The notes: generated by a model from the letters alone, not told the origin. 64,000 bases of DNA from Bacteroidia bacterium (GCA_044344665.1 JBIJCO010000015.1:812-64811); one strand, 5' to 3'. Numbered from the stretch's first letter, positions 1-10,593 are shown. Translations and numbers: made by a program.

Positions 1-2
1 AA

Positions 3-263
3 GCAGGTGGTAAATTAAATATTAAACTTAGAAAATTAAAGGTAAGAGGTTTAATTGCTCAATTACCTGAAAGTATTGATCTTAGTATTGATAAATTAGG
101 AATTGGTAAATCAATTTCAGTAGGTGATATTAACCTTGATGGTATTACTGTATTACATCCTAAAAATATTTCTGTAATTAGTGTTGATACAACTCGTAAT
201 GTAGTTACTGAAGAAGCGGCTGCACCAGCTGCTAAATCTGGAGCTCCGGCAGCAAAAAAATAA
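3..263 (+). CDS. rplY: 50S ribosomal protein L25/general stress protein Ctc, C-terminal part (5' truncated by window edge)
   Basis: Manual translation from nt 3: AGGKLNIKLRKLKVRGLIAQLPESIDLSIDKLGIGKSISVGDI...EEAAAPAAKSGAPAAKK*. Matches the TL5/CTC C-terminal domain pattern with an Ala/Lys-rich tail. Not in the ORF track. Confidence 0.9.
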   Translation, partial: AGGKLNIKLRKLKVRGLIAQLPESIDLSIDKLGIGKSISVGDINLDGITVLHPKNISVISVDTTRNVVTEEAAAPAAKSGAPAAKK

Positions 264-281
264 AAATCAATAAATATTCTT

Positions 282-314
282 AAAAAGTCCTTTCTTTATA
301 GAAAGGACTTTTTT
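282..314 (+). terminator. Rho-independent terminator after rplY (A/T tracts on both sides, potentially bidirectional)
   Basis: Perfect 14-bp stem AAAAAGTCCTTTCT / AGAAAGGACTTTTT, 4-nt loop, T-run after. Confidence 0.85.
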
Positions 315-407
315 GTTTAATAAACTCGTTAAAAACATTTTTTATTTAACTAGAATCTTTATTACTCAATGACTTTATTTGTAAAAATGATTTTTAAAAG
401 AAATTAT

Positions 408-686
408 ATGAAAAAAATCTTACTTAACATTTTTGTTTTTGCATTTTTGTTTTCTTGTGAAAGTCTTTTGGCTCAAAACAATGAAATGTTTAGAACTAAA
501 CGTGAATTAGTAAGGGTTTGGAGAAAGCATAACAGAAATAAAGACGCGTACAATCCTTACTTAAAAAAGAAACCTAAAGACAAACCAAGCGCGAAAATAA
601 ATAAAAGTAATAAACGCGAAGAAAGACGACAAAAACGAGACTTTAAAAAACAGCTTAAACGAAGTAAAAAAGGCTTAGGTAAATAA
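408..686 (+). CDS. Hypothetical small exported protein with very basic C-terminus
   Basis: ORF track 369..686. The in-frame ATG at 408 gives MKKILLNIFVFAFLFSCESLLAQ, a typical Bacteroidota signal peptide, so it is the more likely start. C-terminal half is Lys/Arg-rich. Confidence 0.6.
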   Translation: MKKILLNIFVFAFLFSCESLLAQNNEMFRTKRELVRVWRKHNRNKDAYNPYLKKKPKDKPSAKINKSNKREERRQKRDFKKQLKRSKKGLGK

Positions 687-691
687 AAAAA

Positions 692-1345
692 TTATTTTTT
701 CTTTTTATTACTAAATTTTCCTTTTCTCCAGGCATCAATAAATTGAGCCCAAGCAATTGGATTTAATAATGACATGCTTGGTACTTGTCCCGTAGAGTAA
801 ACTTTTGTATAATATGCCTGCATTACATATTTATAATTTTCGGAAGCACTTGCAGTTTGATTTCTTTCTAAATAAGTTAAAGCCTCGCGTTGCAAATTAT
901 TATCTGCTCTCTCCATATCTGTATCACTTAAGTCTAACGCCAAAAATGCACGTTTAAAATCTTCTTTTGATGGCCATGGATAAACATCTACTACATCTAA
1001 TTGTATGGTGTCTTTAGTTAGAATTTGGATAGCATAATAATATTTTTGTGAGAGCGTATCTGCTATTTTGTAACTTCTTAATTTATGACTAACTGAGTGA
1101 AATTCAAGTTCGTCACCAGAGTTAACTATTAAACTGAAAAAACCTGAAAAATTTGAAATGGTGCCTCTGCCTGTACCTTTAATTAATACGGAAACAAATG
1201 GGATAGGTGTAAGCGAATCTTGATCTAAAACAACACCCGAAAATTGAATTAAATTATTTGTTGGCTTTGTGGTTAGCGTTTGACCAATTGAATTTTGTGC
1301 CACGCTAAAAAAAATAATTAAACAAAATAATTTAATAAATTTCAT
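692..1345 (-). CDS. Carboxypeptidase regulatory-like (CarboxypepD_reg-like) domain protein
   Basis: Signal peptide then FSGVVLDQDSLTPIPFVSVLIKGTGRGTISNFSGFFSL...LEFHSVSHK, the usual Bacteroidota CarboxypepD_reg pattern. Confidence 0.8.
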   Translation of the reverse strand: MKFIKLFCLIIFFSVAQNSIGQTLTTKPTNNLIQFSGVVLDQDSLTPIPFVSVLIKGTGRGTISNFSGFFSLIVNSGDELEFHSVSHKLRSYKIADTLSQKYYYAIQILTKDTIQLDVVDVYPWPSKEDFKRAFLALDLSDTDMERADNNLQREALTYLERNQTASASENYKYVMQAYYTKVYSTGQVPSMSLLNPIAWAQFIDAWRKGKFSNKKKK

Positions 1346-1429
1346 TGTTCTAAATATACCATTGTTTTTGATAATTAATATTGACTTAACAAATTTTAAG
1401 TCAAGTACAGAATAATTTATTTTTTGGAT

Positions 1430-1437
1430 TAAATTTG
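1430..1437 (+). promoter_or_regulatory. Bacteroidota sigma70 -7 box (TAnnTTTG)
   Basis: TAAATTTG ending 7 nt before the ATG at 1445. Confidence 0.5.
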
Positions 1438-1444
1438 TATACTA

Positions 1445-2137
1445 ATGCATAAGGTTTTGTTGTATATTTTTATTTGTTTGGTTTTGGCTGCCAAAACGAC
1501 AGCTCAAGTAAGAGTAATTAAACCTATTAAAACTCACGTCTTATATACAAATCTGGGTGTTTCTTCAAGTTTAATTCGTAGTGTATTGTTTTTAAGCAGA
1601 AATGTTAAGCAAAATAATGATGCGTTGGGTTTTCATACGGCGGTTGTATATGGTGGAGATAAATTATTTAGAGCTAGTATAGAATATACTTCTTATAAAA
1701 AAATTAATATAGAACCAACTTGGTATAATATTAAAGCAAATACCATTGAATTTAATCTGCATGTTTTAGCGAGATTTAAAAAAACAAAGGCTTATTTTTA
1801 TCCGTTATTTGGCTTAAGCTATAATTCTTTTTCTGGCTATTTTACAGGTTTAAATGACTTTTTAAATTTAACAGAAAAGTATACTAAAAACCAAACTGCA
1901 ACAACAAACTGGGTTGGCTTAAATGTAGGTTCAGGGTATGAGCATTTTTTTAAACAATTAAGCGTTTTTGGAGAATATAAAATGCGGGTAGGTACTTCCT
2001 CAAAAAATCAGTTAAATATAATGGATGTTTGCTATAATTTTGGTTTAAGATATAATTTAATTATTCCTTCGATTTACAAATTATTTAGTGGCACAAAAAA
2101 CCGGTACTCATTAAAACCAACCAAAAATCAAAATTAA
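1445..2137 (+). CDS. Outer-membrane beta-barrel domain protein
   Basis: Signal peptide; alternating strands (YFYPLFGLSY, WVGLNVGSGYEHFF, VFGEYK, YNFGLRYNL). Confidence 0.65.
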   Translation: MHKVLLYIFICLVLAAKTTAQVRVIKPIKTHVLYTNLGVSSSLIRSVLFLSRNVKQNNDALGFHTAVVYGGDKLFRASIEYTSYKKINIEPTWYNIKANTIEFNLHVLARFKKTKAYFYPLFGLSYNSFSGYFTGLNDFLNLTEKYTKNQTATTNWVGLNVGSGYEHFFKQLSVFGEYKMRVGTSSKNQLNIMDVCYNFGLRYNLIIPSIYKLFSGTKNRYSLKPTKNQN

Positions 2138-2147
2138 ATTTATTTAA

Positions 2148-4304
2148 ATGAGTACCATACAAAATAACCTTTATTCGCTAAGCAATTTTTTTAATCAGTA
2201 TTTACCTGTAAAAAATCCGGTTTTAATACTTGCACTTACCTTATTAATTATTTTATTTTCTCCTTTATTATTCAGGTTGTTTAAAATACCCGGAATTATA
2301 GGTTTAATATTGGCAGGTGTATTAATAGGACCACATTCATTTCATATTATTGAGTCAACAAACAGTTTTGAATTGTTATCTAAAACAGGCTTGTTGTACA
2401 TAATGTTTCTTGCCGGTTTGGAGATTGATATGCAGGAATTTCAGCAAAATCGGAGTAAAAGTATTGTTTTTGGAGCCTTAACCTTTTTAGTGCCAATAAT
2501 TTTGGGATACATAGTTTGTATTTATGTTTTTCATTTTTCGTTATGGCCTTCCGTGCTGTTGGCTAGCATGTTTAGTACGCATACCTTGTTAAGTTATCCC
2601 ATTGTAAGTAACATGGGAATAGTAAAAAACAGAGCAGTGCAAATTACATTTGGTGGTACAATTATTACGGACTCTGCAGTTTTAATTTTATTAGGTATTA
2701 TAACAAATGTAGTAACCGGCGAAATGAATTCTGCTTTTTGGTTCAGAATAATTGTGTCCTTGTCTTTACTAGTGTTTTCTACCTTATATCTTTTACCAAA
2801 AGTAAGCAGATGGTTTTTTAGACATATTGAGGCTCAGGCTAGTTCGCATTATATTTATGTATTGGCAGTGGTTTTTATTTCCGGGTTTTTAAGTGAGTTG
2901 GCAGGCGTAGAACCTATTATTGGTGCTTTTTTAGCGGGTTTAGGATTAAATAAAGTTATTCCTCACAATAGTATTTTAATGAATCGAATTGTATTTATTG
3001 GTAATACGTTATTCATTCCATTTTTTTTAATAAGCGCAGGTATGCTGGTTGATCTTAAACTGTTTTTTAACGGTAGCGAAGCGCTAATTTTTGCCGGTAT
3101 TTTATGTTTGGTTGGCTTATTTACAAAATATTTTGCAGCATGGATAACCGGTTTTATATATAAATATAACAAATTTGAACGTAATATTATTTTTGGTTTA
3201 AGTGTTTCTCATGCCGCTGCAACTTTAGCAATTATTAAAGTTGGTTTTGATATTGGCTTGTTTGATCAAAACATTATTAATGCTACCATTATTTTAATTT
3301 TAATTTCTTGTTTGGTTAGTTCTTTTGCAACCGAACGGGCCGCAAGACAAATAGCAATTTTAGAAAAGGATGTAGTAAGAAAAGGAAGTGATAAAACAGA
3401 ACGGATTTTGATTCCGGTTAGTAATCCTGAAAATATTCAACGGTTAATAGATTTTGCTTTATTAATCAAAGATCAAAAATCAACAGAGGCAATTTATCCC
3501 TTATCTATTGTTGAAGATGATGCGGATGCCGACGAAAAATTAAATGTCGTGAGAAAAGTGATTGAAGGAGCTGTTGAACAAATTTCGAGCGGAGACAAAA
3601 AAGTTGAAGTTTTAAAAAAAGTAGATTTAAGTATTGTTGATGGTATTAATCGTACAGCAAAAGCCTATAGCATTAGCGATATATTAATTAGCTATAAGGC
3701 ACAGCATGGCGCTTCAAATTTGATTTTCGGAAATATTGCCGAAAATCTTTTAAGCAAATCAAAACAATCAATTATTATATCTAAAATATTACAACCAATA
3801 AATACCTATAAACGTGTAATTGTTATTTTGACTCCTAATGCAGAATTAGAGAATGGTTTTTTACGATTAGTTTCAAGGTTAAACAGTTTACTTAAACAAA
3901 TTGGTTCTGAGTCTTTCATTTACGGATTTGAAAACACAATCAATTATTTTACTAAAGAAATTGCAGACAGAAAAAAAGCATTTTTTAGTTACAAGGTTAT
4001 TAATAGTTTTGAAAATTTTGAGGATGTAAATAATCCAAAAGAAGATGATTTATTTATTTTAGTTTCTGCCAGAAAACAAACAGTTAGTTATGATTTTCAC
4101 GTAGATGAAATGGCAAAAAAACTCAACAAAAATCATGAATTTACAAGTTTTGCAGTATTTTATCCGGAAATTTCAAAGTCCTTACAAGATGGAAATATAA
4201 GTGACATGACTAGCCCTTCAATCGAACAAAATATTGAAAAAGTAAAACAGCTTACGGAAAAAATTACCGGTATTTTTAAAAAAGAAGATGATAATAATAC
4301 TTGA
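2148..4304 (+). CDS. Cation:proton antiporter (CPA2/KefB-like) with C-terminal USP-like cytoplasmic domain
   Basis: ~12 hydrophobic helices, GLLYIMFLAGLEID, GGTIITD, GAFLAGL motifs; soluble C-terminal region starting RILIPVSNP. Confidence 0.88.
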   Translation: MSTIQNNLYSLSNFFNQYLPVKNPVLILALTLLIILFSPLLFRLFKIPGIIGLILAGVLIGPHSFHIIESTNSFELLSKTGLLYIMFLAGLEIDMQEFQQNRSKSIVFGALTFLVPIILGYIVCIYVFHFSLWPSVLLASMFSTHTLLSYPIVSNMGIVKNRAVQITFGGTIITDSAVLILLGIITNVVTGEMNSAFWFRIIVSLSLLVFSTLYLLPKVSRWFFRHIEAQASSHYIYVLAVVFISGFLSELAGVEPIIGAFLAGLGLNKVIPHNSILMNRIVFIGNTLFIPFFLISAGMLVDLKLFFNGSEALIFAGILCLVGLFTKYFAAWITGFIYKYNKFERNIIFGLSVSHAAATLAIIKVGFDIGLFDQNIINATIILILISCLVSSFATERAARQIAILEKDVVRKGSDKTERILIPVSNPENIQRLIDFALLIKDQKSTEAIYPLSIVEDDADADEKLNVVRKVIEGAVEQISSGDKKVEVLKKVDLSIVDGINRTAKAYSISDILISYKAQHGASNLIFGNIAENLLSKSKQSIIISKILQPINTYKRVIVILTPNAELENGFLRLVSRLNSLLKQIGSESFIYGFENTINYFTKEIADRKKAFFSYKVINSFENFEDVNNPKEDDLFILVSARKQTVSYDFHVDEMAKKLNKNHEFTSFAVFYPEISKSLQDGNISDMTSPSIEQNIEKVKQLTEKITGIFKKEDDNNT

Positions 4305-4342
4305 TTTGAGCTATAATTTAAAAGTTTATACAGTCTATTTAA

Positions 4343-5020
4343 ATGAATTTTGATTATACATATATTACTCTGTTTGGTTTTAAAATTTTTGAACCAATGA
4401 TTATTTTAACCAATTTTCCTATCTTATTAATAGGTCTCTATTCTTTTAAAAAACTAAATATTTTTAATAATTCATATTCTAAAAATTATTCTTGGTTTGT
4501 TTTATTAGTTGGAATTAGTTCCTGCTTTGGATCATTAGCACATGCTGTACATTATCAAAACGGAAAGTTATTTTTTGATATTATATTTTATATTATGAAT
4601 GCCCTTAGTTTAGTTTCGGTATATTTTTGTTTTAAGTTTGGTTACATTTATTTTATTGGAAGTAATGTAAAACCAAATTTTTTGGTATTAACAATTTCTA
4701 AAATTTGGATTTTGACTATGTTGATTTATGCATTTTTTTATAATAATTTTTTAATGATTAAAATAAATGCTGGCATTGTTTTAATTTATTCATTTATAAT
4801 TCATTTCATAAAATATAACAAGCTTAACGATAGAGGAAGTGGTCTTGTCGTTTTTGGAATTGGCGTATCTTTTATTTCTATAATTACACACACGTTAAAA
4901 ATTTCAATTAATGAATGGTTTAATTACAAAGATATTTCTCATGTTATAATATCTATTTCCCTATTAATTATATATAAGGGTGTTAATGTTAATTCAAAAA
5001 AACTGGAAAGGGGAATTTAA
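4343..5020 (+). CDS. Hypothetical multi-pass membrane protein
   Basis: 225 aa, ~7 hydrophobic segments with conserved-looking His residues (LAHAVHY, ITHTLK, DISHVI). Confidence 0.7.
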   Translation: MNFDYTYITLFGFKIFEPMIILTNFPILLIGLYSFKKLNIFNNSYSKNYSWFVLLVGISSCFGSLAHAVHYQNGKLFFDIIFYIMNALSLVSVYFCFKFGYIYFIGSNVKPNFLVLTISKIWILTMLIYAFFYNNFLMIKINAGIVLIYSFIIHFIKYNKLNDRGSGLVVFGIGVSFISIITHTLKISINEWFNYKDISHVIISISLLIIYKGVNVNSKKLERGI

Positions 5021-5042
5021 AATAATAAGTAGACTTTATTAT

Positions 5043-8000
5043 TTAACTTTTAGTTGACGTGCTTTTTCGTTTAAATTTATCTAAATACCGTTTAAATATT
5101 TCATTTATAGTTTCAAACTCCTCTCGGTAAAAAAAACCTACACCTTGAGTGTAAGGACCGCCAGATGTAGTTATTTGCGTATTGTCGTTGCTTCTGTTAA
5201 AACCTTTGACACGATATTTTCCATCATCAGTTAATTTATACTCAACATTAACATCGCCTATTAAACCGCTTGTATTATTTGCTTGATTATTGTTTACTCC
5301 AAAATTACCATCAATTGTTATTTTGTTGTTAAAAAATTGTTTGCTCAAAGCTAAATCAACTGCTTCTGTATTGTTTTGATTTCCGGGTCTATAATTTAAA
5401 CCAAGATTTAAATCTTGCATGCCTGTTAAGTTTCCAAAATAGGAATTTAAAAATTCGCTTACGCGATTGCTTAACATTTCGCTGCCGGTTGATGCTGCGG
5501 CGTTTCCAGCAGTTACACCGCCACTGTTTGAATTGTAAATTTGAGGCGTAACAAAACTTCTAAACAATAAAAAAGAAAATACCTGACGATTAAGTTCTAC
5601 TTCGTCGCTTAACACGTTGTTAATTCTCGCTTTAGCAGTTGCATCAATGTTAGGAAAAAGAATGTCGAAATTTATTGTCGGAGAAAATAATTTATTTTTT
5701 ATCAGCAATTTACATTCTACTGGAAATCTACCTTTGTATCTCCCTGTGGTATCATTTAATAATGGCGCAACAGAAGCTCTTTGTTTGTATGTAGTAGCTA
5801 TATCTATTTCAGCGTTTAAAGGATTGCCGCTCCATAAAATAGAACTGCCGGCATCTATGTCAAATTTTTTATTGATAACATTTTCAAGTGTAAATAAATA
5901 ATCTCCATTTTTTATTTTGTATTCACCAAACATTTCAAATTTACCAAGTGTGCTTATTTTTAAATTAATATCACCGTTTCCTTGAACATTTAATACATCG
6001 CCATTTGTTTTATCTAAAACAATTTGAACTTGCAAATCAGGTGTGGCGTTAATGTTCATATCTAAATCAAAACCGGAGTGCGTATTAATTGATTTTTTTA
6101 AAATGGTATCTTTTTTAACAAAATGTATAAAATCAGATTCGGTAATTTCTGCTGGCCCATCTAGAGGAAGGATAAATTTTGAGTTTTTGTTAGTAGTGGC
6201 ATTAACACTCATGTGTAAATTATTTAAAAAGCCATAAATACCTAAATTACCTGTAGCATAGGCTTTTCCGCAAAATGTATTGTTTTGTTTTTCGTTAGTA
6301 TTTAATACTAACATATTTTTAAAAGATATGTCATAATCTAATCTCATTTTATTGAAATTATCATGAAATATATTTCCGTTTATTGTTCCTTGAGGAGTTT
6401 TTTTATTACCTACTTCTTTAATAGACAAGTCGTCAAACCTTATTTGATCTGGCATTATTTCAATGTCGCCGATAATGTTGTAGGTAACATTTGTATAGTC
6501 TATTTTAATTTCGCTATTATAGAGTTTAAACTTGCCATCAATTTTAATATTGTTTGGTGTTCCGTGAATTTTCCCGTCACCTGAAATTAATGCGTTATTA
6601 ACAGTCATTATTCCTTCAAGTAAAGGATTAAGTAATTTAAGATTTGCGGGAGAGGCTTTTATATCTATATCAATGCTTTCGTCATCTTTATTTAAATAAT
6701 AATAACCTTTAAATGAAATATTTTTCATTTCCTCTCCATTTAAAGTTGGTAATCCTAAAGAGGTATAACCGTCGGTATAAATTGTTTTTGTGGAGGCAAC
6801 ATAATTTGTTTTTACAATTAATTTACCAATAGTATTATTATTTAATTTTAAATCTGAAAAGTTAAGATTGCTACTAAAGGCAAATGCTTTAGGGTCGTGT
6901 ATGGTTACCCTTCCGTTTAATTTACCTTCCAGTTTTATTTTTGCATCTTTTAAAAGGGGGTTAAATTGTTCTAACGTTAAGTTTGAAACGGTAATGGCTA
7001 AGCTGTCGTTAGCATTGCTGGTTAGTGCACCGGCAATACCAATGTTTTGTTCGTTGTTGGTAAATTGCAAAGGGTTAATGATAATGTTGCCTCCTGTATC
7101 TATTGTAGCTGGATTGGTTGTAACTAAATTCCAAATACTGCTGTCTTTAGACGAGATAAAAAATTTATCGAAAGTTAAATTGGCAATTTGCTTACTAAAC
7201 GAAACTTTTCCTGCCACTTTACCAGCGCTATTTGAAATTCCTTTGTTATTCCATTCAAAATTATATTTGGTGTCTAAATCTTTTGAAACTAAATACATGA
7301 AATAGTTTTTCAGATAAATACTATCGGTTAATTTAATATTGCTGCCTTTAAAAACTAGATTGATTTTATTGTTTTTAGAATAAGATTCAATTACATTATT
7401 GTTGAATTTAATGTCGCCGTATTTAATTGAATCTGATTTTAGATTTACAGTAATTAAATTAGTAAATGCATTAAATTCACCTCCAATAGTTGTATTGGGG
7501 CTAATCATTAGTTCTTTTATAAAAAGTTCATTAATCAAATTAAATTTTTTTATAGTTAATTTATAGTTAAATGCATCTTTGTAAATTAATCTACTTTTGT
7601 TTTTTATGAAAAATGTGGGATAGTAGGCATTTAACACCTGATTAAATGCTAGTGGCAGATTATTAATATTAAATTTGCCATCTGCGATAAAATTAAAATA
7701 ACTAGAATTTATAATTATTTTTTTGATTTCTGTTTCCTGATCTAGTTTTAAATCGATATTATTTATTTTGAATTTTTTTTCTGCAATTTTAAAACTAGTA
7801 TTGTCAAAATTAATGTAACCGCTAAGGTTATTAATATTGTCGCCATTCAACTTTATAAGAATTTGTGTAGATAATTTTGATTCAGATTTTGAGAAATTTA
7901 ATTTTTTTAAATCAAGGTTATTAATTATTGAAATAAAATCCATTTCTGGTAATTTATTGGTAAAGTTAATTGTACCATTAAAATCAAAATCAGCATTTTC

Positions 8001-9563
8001 ATCTTTGCAATTAATTATACCATTAAATATTTTTTTTCGAATGTGGCCATTTAGGTTTATGTTTTTATACATGTATTGGTTAAAATTCAATCCTAAAATT
8101 TCACCATTTAAATCAGCATCAATTGATTTTATTGATAGACCTTTGCCTTTAATTTCGGTATTTAAACTAAGTGCATTAAAGTTTTTAATTCCTAAAAGTG
8201 TGCCTATGTCAAAATTTGTAGTTTCAATTTTTCCGTGATACGAAACATTATCTTCATTTTTTCCTGTTTTAATACTTAGTTCAGTTTTAACGCTACCTAG
8301 ATTTGTATTAAATTTTCCGTATGTGGTAAAGTCCGTGATAAAGCCGTCAAATTTTCCTTTGTAACTTATTTTGCCCAATTTTTTTAATTCAATTGGGAGC
8401 TCTATTTTTTTATTTTCTGTAAAAGGATAATTTGGAATTTGAATAATATCGTTATAGCTAGTTGCTATTTCTTTGGCGTTTATGTGTAAATAACTTGTGC
8501 TAAAATTTGGTAATCCAGTGAGGGTTAAATTACCTCTAAATTTAGTGTCATTTCCGTATGCAAAATAAAACTCTTTTAATGTTAAGTCGTTAACGTAACC
8601 ATTTACTTTTCCTGACAAATTTATTTTGGCATCTAAACCGTTTAACTCACTTGTAAATTTTGCAATATCTTGCATAGCAATATAAGTACTATCTGCTAGT
8701 GTAGATTTTATTTTTATTTTATTTACAAAATCTGAATAATCGTTCCATTCAGAATACAAAAAATTAATATCGCCTTTTATACATGTTTGTGGGGTTTTTA
8801 TGGTCAATTTACTTAATAAAAGTTCATTGTGGCTTATTTTACTTTCGGTAGAAAGTTCGTTTAGTTTAAATCCACATTGTTCATTGGTTTTTAAATGACT
8901 AAGTTTTGCAAAAATGGTGTCGTTTTTGAAATTAATCTTAGATATTTTGCCATAGGTTTTTGTTAAGTATAAATTATTAAAATTTATATTTTGGGATAAA
9001 GTAGTGTTTTTATTTTCATCTCGATAAATAAAATTTACATTATCTAAAACAACATCTCCAAACTCAACCTCCCAATTTTGTTTTGAAACAGTATCAGTTT
9101 GGTTAGTATTAAAATAATCAACTAAAAACTGAAAATTTAATTTACTGTCGTTTTTATAATTGATTAGTTTAGTCGTAGAATTTTTTATTGTTATTTTTTT
9201 GAAAGCTATTTTTTTTTGTTTGTAATCTAGTTTATTAATATCTACTAATAAATCACCTGTAAAAAGAGTGTCGTTATTTTTATCGCTAACAAAAACTCCT
9301 TCTAAATTGGCTGTTTTAAAAAATTCAATGTGAATTTTTTTTATGGTTATCTTATTATTTAGTTCGGAGCTTAAATAACTTCCTGCTTTTTGTCCAAGCC
9401 ATGTTTGAAAAACTGGAGACTGAATTGCAAAAAATAAGAATACGGCAAATAAAATTATCGATAGCGTAATTACACCAAGTGATTTAAAAAATATTCTTGT
9501 AACTTTGCTCAAATGTATGGCTTTGCTATAAAGATAAGCCAAAAATTGTTTTGAATTATCCAA
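5043..9563 (-). CDS. tamB: Translocation/assembly module TamB domain protein
   Basis: 1506 aa, N-terminal membrane anchor, long beta-rich body, C-terminal TamB region (WSGNP, QVFSFLLFRSF, GDVNVEYKLTDDGKYRVKGFN, YTQGVGFFYREEF). TTG start is uncertain. Confidence 0.88.
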   Translation of the reverse strand: MDNSKQFLAYLYSKAIHLSKVTRIFFKSLGVITLSIILFAVFLFFAIQSPVFQTWLGQKAGSYLSSELNNKITIKKIHIEFFKTANLEGVFVSDKNNDTLFTGDLLVDINKLDYKQKKIAFKKITIKNSTTKLINYKNDSKLNFQFLVDYFNTNQTDTVSKQNWEVEFGDVVLDNVNFIYRDENKNTTLSQNINFNNLYLTKTYGKISKINFKNDTIFAKLSHLKTNEQCGFKLNELSTESKISHNELLLSKLTIKTPQTCIKGDINFLYSEWNDYSDFVNKIKIKSTLADSTYIAMQDIAKFTSELNGLDAKINLSGKVNGYVNDLTLKEFYFAYGNDTKFRGNLTLTGLPNFSTSYLHINAKEIATSYNDIIQIPNYPFTENKKIELPIELKKLGKISYKGKFDGFITDFTTYGKFNTNLGSVKTELSIKTGKNEDNVSYHGKIETTNFDIGTLLGIKNFNALSLNTEIKGKGLSIKSIDADLNGEILGLNFNQYMYKNINLNGHIRKKIFNGIINCKDENADFDFNGTINFTNKLPEMDFISIINNLDLKKLNFSKSESKLSTQILIKLNGDNINNLSGYINFDNTSFKIAEKKFKINNIDLKLDQETEIKKIIINSSYFNFIADGKFNINNLPLAFNQVLNAYYPTFFIKNKSRLIYKDAFNYKLTIKKFNLINELFIKELMISPNTTIGGEFNAFTNLITVNLKSDSIKYGDIKFNNNVIESYSKNNKINLVFKGSNIKLTDSIYLKNYFMYLVSKDLDTKYNFEWNNKGISNSAGKVAGKVSFSKQIANLTFDKFFISSKDSSIWNLVTTNPATIDTGGNIIINPLQFTNNEQNIGIAGALTSNANDSLAITVSNLTLEQFNPLLKDAKIKLEGKLNGRVTIHDPKAFAFSSNLNFSDLKLNNNTIGKLIVKTNYVASTKTIYTDGYTSLGLPTLNGEEMKNISFKGYYYLNKDDESIDIDIKASPANLKLLNPLLEGIMTVNNALISGDGKIHGTPNNIKIDGKFKLYNSEIKIDYTNVTYNIIGDIEIMPDQIRFDDLSIKEVGNKKTPQGTINGNIFHDNFNKMRLDYDISFKNMLVLNTNEKQNNTFCGKAYATGNLGIYGFLNNLHMSVNATTNKNSKFILPLDGPAEITESDFIHFVKKDTILKKSINTHSGFDLDMNINATPDLQVQIVLDKTNGDVLNVQGNGDINLKISTLGKFEMFGEYKIKNGDYLFTLENVINKKFDIDAGSSILWSGNPLNAEIDIATTYKQRASVAPLLNDTTGRYKGRFPVECKLLIKNKLFSPTINFDILFPNIDATAKARINNVLSDEVELNRQVFSFLLFRSFVTPQIYNSNSGGVTAGNAAASTGSEMLSNRVSEFLNSYFGNLTGMQDLNLGLNYRPGNQNNTEAVDLALSKQFFNNKITIDGNFGVNNNQANNTSGLIGDVNVEYKLTDDGKYRVKGFNRSNDNTQITTSGGPYTQGVGFFYREEFETINEIFKRYLDKFKRKSTSTKS
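9500..9507 (+). promoter_or_regulatory. Candidate -7 box for tsaD inside the tamB 5' coding region
   Basis: TAACTTTG, 60 nt upstream of the tsaD ATG; only 4 nt separate the divergent start codons. Confidence 0.4.
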
Positions 9564-9567
9564 AAAA

Positions 9568-10593
9568 ATGCAAAAATCAGGTACTTATATATTGGCTATA
9601 GAAAGCAGTTGCGACGATACATCCTGCGCTATTTTACGTGATAATTTTGTGTTATCAAACATTACGGCAAGTCAAAAAATTCATGAGCAGTATGGAGGTG
9701 TAATTCCTGAATTAGCAAGTCGTGATCATCAAAAAAATATTGTACCTGTTTTAACTGAAGCATTAAAAGTTGCCAATATTCAATTACAAGAGCTAAGTGC
9801 CATTGCGGTTACTATTGGCCCTGGTTTAATGGGCAGTTTACTTGTAGGAATTTCTTTTGCCAAATCATTAGCCATGTCTTTAAAAATTCCTTTAATAGAA
9901 GTTAATCATATGCAAGGACATATCTTGGCACATTTTATTAAAGATTCGGATACCCAAATGCTGCCTGAATTCCCATTTTTATGTTTAACAGTTAGTGGTG
10001 GTCACACTCAGTTGGTAAAAATGACAGATTATTTATGTTTTGAATTATTAGGAGAAACCATTGACGATGCGGTTGGAGAAGCCTTTGATAAGGCAGCAAA
10101 AATTTTAGGTTTACCTTATCCTGGCGGGCCTTTAATTGATAAGTATGCTCAAGGAGGAGATAATTCAAAGTATAAATTTTCACATTCTCATGTTCCGGGA
10201 TATGATTATAGTTTTAGTGGTATAAAAACCTCCTTTTTATATTTTATTCAAAACAACATTCAAAAAAATCCAAATTTTATTGAAGAAAATTTAGCTGACA
10301 TTTGCGCTTCTTATCAAAGCCATTTAATTAATGTGCTTTTAAAAAATGTAAAAAGCCTTATAAAAGAAATTGGAATAAAACAGTTAGCTATTGCCGGTGG
10401 TGTATCGGCTAACACAGAACTCAGAAAACAAATTAAAAAATTAGAAGCCGAATTAACTATAAAAACGTTTATTCCAAAATTCGAATATTGTACAGATAAT
10501 GCCGCCATGATTGGCATTACAGGTTATTATAAATATTTGAAAAAAGAATTTGGTTCACTTAAATCTGTACCAATAACCCGAATGGAAATATAA
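9568..10593 (+). CDS. tsaD: tRNA N6-threonylcarbamoyladenosine transferase TsaD
   Basis: LAIESSCDDT, GGVIPELASRDH, HMQGH metal motif, VSGGHT, DDAVGEAFDK, FSGIKT, CTDNAAMIG. Confidence 0.97.
   Translation: MQKSGTYILAIESSCDDTSCAILRDNFVLSNITASQKIHEQYGGVIPELASRDHQKNIVPVLTEALKVANIQLQELSAIAVTIGPGLMGSLLVGISFAKSLAMSLKIPLIEVNHMQGHILAHFIKDSDTQMLPEFPFLCLTVSGGHTQLVKMTDYLCFELLGETIDDAVGEAFDKAAKILGLPYPGGPLIDKYAQGGDNSKYKFSHSHVPGYDYSFSGIKTSFLYFIQNNIQKNPNFIEENLADICASYQSHLINVLLKNVKSLIKEIGIKQLAIAGGVSANTELRKQIKKLEAELTIKTFIPKFEYCTDNAAMIGITGYYKYLKKEFGSLKSVPITRMEI

Noticed and set aside
5617-8238. Several plus-strand ORFs (64-145 aa) within tamB, and similar short nested ORFs elsewhere in the track
   Set aside because: Opposite-strand or alternate-frame shadows of clearly identified genes; no independent support.
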